Assembly: GCF_001465295.1 (NCBI RefSeq)
Contig: NZ_CP011034.1
Location: 300,001-332,000, forward strand
Direction: 5' to 3'
From: Pseudoalteromonas translucida KMM 520
GTDB lineage: Bacteria > Pseudomonadota > Gammaproteobacteria > Enterobacterales > Alteromonadaceae
DNA: 32,000 nt
Shown: one piece after another, positions 27,465 through 32,000 of the stretch
Position numbering within the stretch: position 1 is the stretch's first letter
Layout: every line of letters starts with the position of its first letter
Notes under the pieces: model-generated
What the model saw: the letters and a program-made list of their open reading frames with translations, nothing else
Told to the model about the DNA's origin: nothing
The model's database searches: none
Translations under genes and position numbers: made by a program

Positions 27465-27616
27465 AAAAATTGTCGTCTTATTTGGGTTGATTTGCAATGT
27501 CATGTTTTTTTGCGCTTATCGTATTAATTGCGCGACATTTACTGATTTGTAAGTAAAGTATAGCCGAGAAAGATAATTATGATAGTAGTAAAGAGCTTAA
27601 TTTTGTTTACAGCTGT

Positions 27617-30172
27617 TTATTTTTTGCTAGGTAGTTGTTGGTAAAACGTTTTATTTTTTAAAATCTTTTCAAGTTCACTTTTAACACCTTTAATAGGCAT
27701 AGGGCGAGCTATAAAATAGCCTTGGCCGTAGTCAACGCCAATTTCTTTTAATGCAAAAAACACTTCTTCGGTTTCTACATATTCAGCCACAGAGCGCTTA
27801 TCGAGTGAATGACTAATGTCGTTAATGGCCTTTACTAATGCTAAATCAATAGGGTCGTTGAGCATATCGCAAACAAATGAGCCGTCAATTTTTACATGCT
27901 GTGCTGGCAGTTGTTTCAAGTAATTAAAGGTACTAAAGCCGGTGCCAAAATCGTCAATCGAAAAGTGGCAGCCTAAAATATTGAGCTTTTCAATCATTTT
28001 ACGCGTAGCTGCTAAGTTGTTAATGCTGGCAGATTCGGTAATTTCAAAAATTATTTGTGTTGGTAAAACCTGATACTTTGCTAAATTTGACTCTATTAAT
28101 GGCACTAAACGCTCATCTAAAAATGACTGCGCAGAGAGATTTATAGCTACTTGGTTAAGTTCTGGGTAGAGAGCAACATTAGCAATTGTGTTACGAATAA
28201 CACATTGATCCATTAAAAAAGTATCGTTTAGCATTTCTAATGAAGGAATAAATTGATTAGGAAAAACTAGCTCATCATTTATTTTTAAGCGCAGCAGCAC
28301 TTCAAAGTAAGCCACTTCATTGCGCCTAAAATCCCAAATTGGTTGGTAATGCAGTTCAATACTGTCTTGTTGTAGCGCTTGGCGAATACCATGCCCCCAC
28401 TCTAAACCTGTTTGTAGCGTATTGTTATGGGCATCTTGTTTTGCATAGCAATGTACTAAATTCCGACCTAAATTTTTAGCGATATACAGGGCAATATCTG
28501 CTTGTTTTAAACATTCGCTCGGGTCGCAATTTTCTTCGGTAATTTGAGTTAAACCAATTGAGCAACTGATTGAGTATATTTGCTCTTCAGATTTAAATTG
28601 ATTTTGTTCAATCGCGTTACATATACCTTCGGCAATTAAATGCGCGTCAAGCAAGTTAGTATGTTTGAGGATCACTGCAAACTCGTCGCCGCCAACTCTG
28701 AACACTAAATGTTCGGTACTTATGTTTGTTATAAATAATTGCGCTACTTCTTTTAAAACAATATCGCCTTGCTGATGGCCTTTACTGTCGTTAATTATTT
28801 TAAAGTGATCTAAATCGATATAAATAAGCGCGTGTTCAATATCTGAATGGGTGTGCTGAGGTTGGCAAATACGATTCAGCTGTTGGTCAAAGTAATAGCG
28901 GTTATGCAGGCCTGTAAGCGTATCGTGAAGTGCCAAATGGCGCAGTTGCAGTTCCGCTTGTTTACGTTCATGAATATTGTCGATTGTGGCGGTAATAGTG
29001 GCGTTATTATGGCTATTTTGTATGAGCTGTAGCCGACATTCAACCCAAATTTGGCTGCCATTTTTATGCTGTAGCCTTATTTCAACTTGTTGTTTGTACT
29101 CACCACCACAAAGAATGTCGTCTATTGTTGCTTGTAGTTTTACTTGGCATTCAGCAATACAAAAATTAGTTAATTGCTGTTGTAGTGTCGACTTAACGCC
29201 AAAGCCGCTTAATGCTTCCCACGCAGGGTTGATAAAGCGAATAAGCCCTTGCTGATCCAGTTCTAGAACGACAGTATTTAAATGCAATAAAATACGTTGA
29301 TGCGCAGAAAATAAATCTCGGTATCGCACTTCGCTTAAGCTCAGTTGTTCTACTTTGTTAGCAAACTCGGCATAGCTCACCATAAAGTCTTCGCGGCGCG
29401 CTGCATGGTCGCATACTTTATTTAAAAATGGCGGATCGTATGGGGCGCGTATAAAGTCGGTTACGCCGGAAAGTAAAAGCTGCTCCGCATAATCTGCATC
29501 ATCACTATCTATAATAGTTACAATTGCTTGCATAGGATTATGTTGTAAAATTTCAGATACTAGCACGCTCGACTCTTCTGCTCTTGCCGCGGTTGCGTCG
29601 AGTAAAACAATTGCAAATTGTTGCTGATTATAAGCATTAAGCGCGGCTTGGCTCGAGGTAACATGGGTGATCGAAAAATTGAGCAGTAACGGCTTGCTGA
29701 TTTCATTGGCTTTAGTGTTAGTTGGCTCTAACAGTAATAGATTTAAACGGCTGCTTTTTTCTAAATGATTAGCGAGCACACTTGCCAGCACTTGCGGTAG
29801 CATGTCTTGGCGCTCAAAAGGTAATACTGCATCAATACCGTAGCTGCGGGCAGTAGTTTCAGCTATTCGTTCACAATAAATAGGGGGAATAAGTAAGATT
29901 GGGGTATTTTTAGGAGTGTTTAATAAGCCCGAGCGAATCATTCTTGAGAAGCGCCAGCCATCAATTTTACCTACATCAAGGCCGGTAATAATAATATTAA
30001 CGGCTTGTTTTTTTAATATTTTTAAAGCTTGTTGGCTATCTGATACTTCTATAAATTCAAAAACATTTAATTTCTCTAAAGTGGCTCGAATAGTGCCACG
30101 CTCAGCACTGCTGGCGTTTAATATTAGCAATTTAAGCTGATTTACCACGTTTAGAGTACCCCTAAAAATCAC
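27617..30172 (-). CDS. c-di-GMP signalling protein: two degenerate receiver (REC-like) domains, PAS, GGDEF and EAL
   Basis: 851 aa. The GGDEF motif is intact (RVGGDEFAV). The EAL domain has EVLLR, DDFGTGFS, KIDGSF, EYVETEE and QGYFIARP. A PAS region (LIRFINPAWEALSGF) precedes GGDEF. The start is GTG at 30172 or, with a better AGGGG RBS, GTG at 30148. Confidence 0.85.
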   Translation of the reverse strand: MIFRGTLNVVNQLKLLILNASSAERGTIRATLEKLNVFEFIEVSDSQQALKILKKQAVNIIITGLDVGKIDGWRFSRMIRSGLLNTPKNTPILLIPPIYCERIAETTARSYGIDAVLPFERQDMLPQVLASVLANHLEKSSRLNLLLLEPTNTKANEISKPLLLNFSITHVTSSQAALNAYNQQQFAIVLLDATAARAEESSVLVSEILQHNPMQAIVTIIDSDDADYAEQLLLSGVTDFIRAPYDPPFLNKVCDHAARREDFMVSYAEFANKVEQLSLSEVRYRDLFSAHQRILLHLNTVVLELDQQGLIRFINPAWEALSGFGVKSTLQQQLTNFCIAECQVKLQATIDDILCGGEYKQQVEIRLQHKNGSQIWVECRLQLIQNSHNNATITATIDNIHERKQAELQLRHLALHDTLTGLHNRYYFDQQLNRICQPQHTHSDIEHALIYIDLDHFKIINDSKGHQQGDIVLKEVAQLFITNISTEHLVFRVGGDEFAVILKHTNLLDAHLIAEGICNAIEQNQFKSEEQIYSISCSIGLTQITEENCDPSECLKQADIALYIAKNLGRNLVHCYAKQDAHNNTLQTGLEWGHGIRQALQQDSIELHYQPIWDFRRNEVAYFEVLLRLKINDELVFPNQFIPSLEMLNDTFLMDQCVIRNTIANVALYPELNQVAINLSAQSFLDERLVPLIESNLAKYQVLPTQIIFEITESASINNLAATRKMIEKLNILGCHFSIDDFGTGFSTFNYLKQLPAQHVKIDGSFVCDMLNDPIDLALVKAINDISHSLDKRSVAEYVETEEVFFALKEIGVDYGQGYFIARPMPIKGVKSELEKILKNKTFYQQLPSKK

Positions 30173-30222
30173 GATTATTCAAAAGGGTAAGAGTAATGAT
30201 ATTTACCGCTCAGGACAAGCGT

Positions 30223-30250
30223 ATTTACAGCATGATAATAAATGCTGTAA
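30223..30250. promoter_or_regulatory. perfect 10-bp inverted repeat in the divergent promoter region between the GGDEF-EAL gene and queA (candidate operator)
   Basis: tttacagcat (30223-30232), spacer gataataa, atgctgtaaa (30241-30250). Both flanking genes start here and neither ends here, so it is unlikely to be a terminator. Confidence 0.3.
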
Positions 30251-30347
30251 AACAAGTGTAATTTAATGAGAATTTATCTGATTTCTTGAGCTTCATAAGC
30301 GATAGATATACACTTGGCGCGACTTTAAATGATGTGGATTACCAACT

Positions 30348-31379
30348 ATGCGCGTGGCTGATTTTAGCTTTGACCTTCCCGACGAATTAATTGCTCGTTT
30401 TCCTAAGCAAGACAGAACAAGTAGCCGCTTATTGAGCCTAGATGGCCCAAGTGGTGTAGTTGAGCACAAAGTATTTAGTGATTTGCTTGAATTAGTTAAC
30501 GAAAACGACTTGTTGGTGTTTAATAACACGCGAGTAATACCTGCCCGTATGTTTGGTCAAAAAGCGTCAGGCGGAAAAGTTGAAGTATTAGTAGAGCGTG
30601 TGCTTGATGAGCATAGAGTGCTGGCACATGTACGTGCGAGTAAATCGCTAAAGCCTGGCAACGAAGTAATTCTTGAAGGTAAGGCAAAAGCAACCATGGT
30701 TGCGCGTCACGATACCTTATTTGAGCTGGAGTTTGATCATAGCCAAAACGTACTCGATATATTAAATGATATTGGCCATATGCCATTACCGCCGTATATA
30801 GATCGCCCTGATAACGAGGCCGATCGTGAGCGTTATCAAACCGTATACGGCGAAAAGCCTGGAGCGGTTGCGGCTCCTACCGCCGGTTTGCACTTTGACG
30901 ATAAGTTAATGGCTGCACTAAAAAATAAAGGCGTACAAATGGCCTTTGTTACACTGCATGTTGGAGCGGGGACGTTTCAACCGGTGCGTGTTGCCACGGT
31001 AGATGAGCACATTATGCACTCAGAATACATAGAAGTGCCAGATGATGTGGTTGCCGCTGTAGCAAACACTAAAGCCAATGGTGGCCGTGTTATTGCCATA
31101 GGTACAACGTCTGTACGCTCGCTAGAGTCGGCAGCAAAAGTACACGGTGGCAAGTTAGATACTTACTTTGGTGATACCGATATATTTATTTATCCGGGTT
31201 ATCAATTTAATGTAGTTGATGCCATGATCACTAACTTTCACTTACCTGAGTCAACGCTTATCATGCTGGTAAGTGCCTTTGCCGGACAAAACAATATTAT
31301 GGGCGCATATAACACCGCCATAGAGCAGCAGTATCGTTTTTTTAGTTATGGCGATGCGATGTTTTTAACCCGTAAATAA
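30348..31379 (+). CDS. queA: tRNA preQ1(34) S-adenosylmethionine ribosyltransferase-isomerase QueA
   Basis: 343 aa. [34 protein letters not shown] and the FFSYGDAM tail are classic QueA. Confidence 0.95.
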   Translation: MRVADFSFDLPDELIARFPKQDRTSSRLLSLDGPSGVVEHKVFSDLLELVNENDLLVFNNTRVIPARMFGQKASGGKVEVLVERVLDEHRVLAHVRASKSLKPGNEVILEGKAKATMVARHDTLFELEFDHSQNVLDILNDIGHMPLPPYIDRPDNEADRERYQTVYGEKPGAVAAPTAGLHFDDKLMAALKNKGVQMAFVTLHVGAGTFQPVRVATVDEHIMHSEYIEVPDDVVAAVANTKANGGRVIAIGTTSVRSLESAAKVHGGKLDTYFGDTDIFIYPGYQFNVVDAMITNFHLPESTLIMLVSAFAGQNNIMGAYNTAIEQQYRFFSYGDAMFLTRK

Positions 31380-31457
31380 ACACCACAAAATTTACTTGTT
31401 TAAGCTGGCTATTTGCTTTTAAATCAGCATTGAATTTACCGCAGTTAATAGTATTAA

Positions 31458-32000
<543 letters not shown>

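Noticed and set aside
28847-30140. I considered plus-strand ORFs and one overlapping minus-strand ORF inside the GGDEF-EAL gene (28847-29032, 28876-29061, 28977-29255, 29916-30140).
   Set aside because: They are shadow frames of an 851-aa gene whose domain motifs are continuous across this region.

Overview
AT-rich gammaproteobacterial chromosome. Gene content and the long-form PstC/PstA suggest an Alteromonadales or Vibrionales organism, possibly Pseudoalteromonas; this is inference only. Nearly all 32 kb is coding and most of it is core housekeeping. From left to right: an S41 peptidase lipoprotein (3' end cut by the window edge), an amidohydrolase/SDR pair, slyD, mltD, a secreted MBL hydrolase, a TIGR02449-like gene plus zapA, rlmJ, a YbaY/META lipoprotein, phnA and a half-size PqiA. 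Next comes a Cu(I)/Ag(I) RND efflux operon (small Cys/Met-rich leader protein, cusC, cusB, cusA), an orphan ORF and a gcvR-like gene. A Pho-box-driven pstC-pstA-pstB-phoU operon follows, directly followed by a DUF47-Pit low-affinity phosphate module. The right end holds oxyR, a small membrane protein, a REC-REC-PAS-GGDEF-EAL protein, queA and the 5' part of tgt. I found no integrase, transposase, tRNA, rRNA, CRISPR array or recognisable defence or toxin system, so I cannot point to a clear-cut novel multi-gene system. Five things are worth a second look. (1) Two perfect heptanucleotide tandem arrays sit in upstream regions: (AACCTAG)~12 ahead of the cus operon and (ATCCAAC)~5 ahead of a small membrane protein. 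(2) CusB carries two C-terminal CusF-like domains, the second lacking the metal ligands. (3) PstC and PstA have very large periplasmic insertions (an apparent 7-bladed propeller and a coiled coil), and the operon has no pstS. (4) A c-di-GMP enzyme carries two degenerate receiver domains. (5) Several perfect inverted repeats occur in regulatory positions. All homology calls rest on motifs I recognised by eye. No database search was run.
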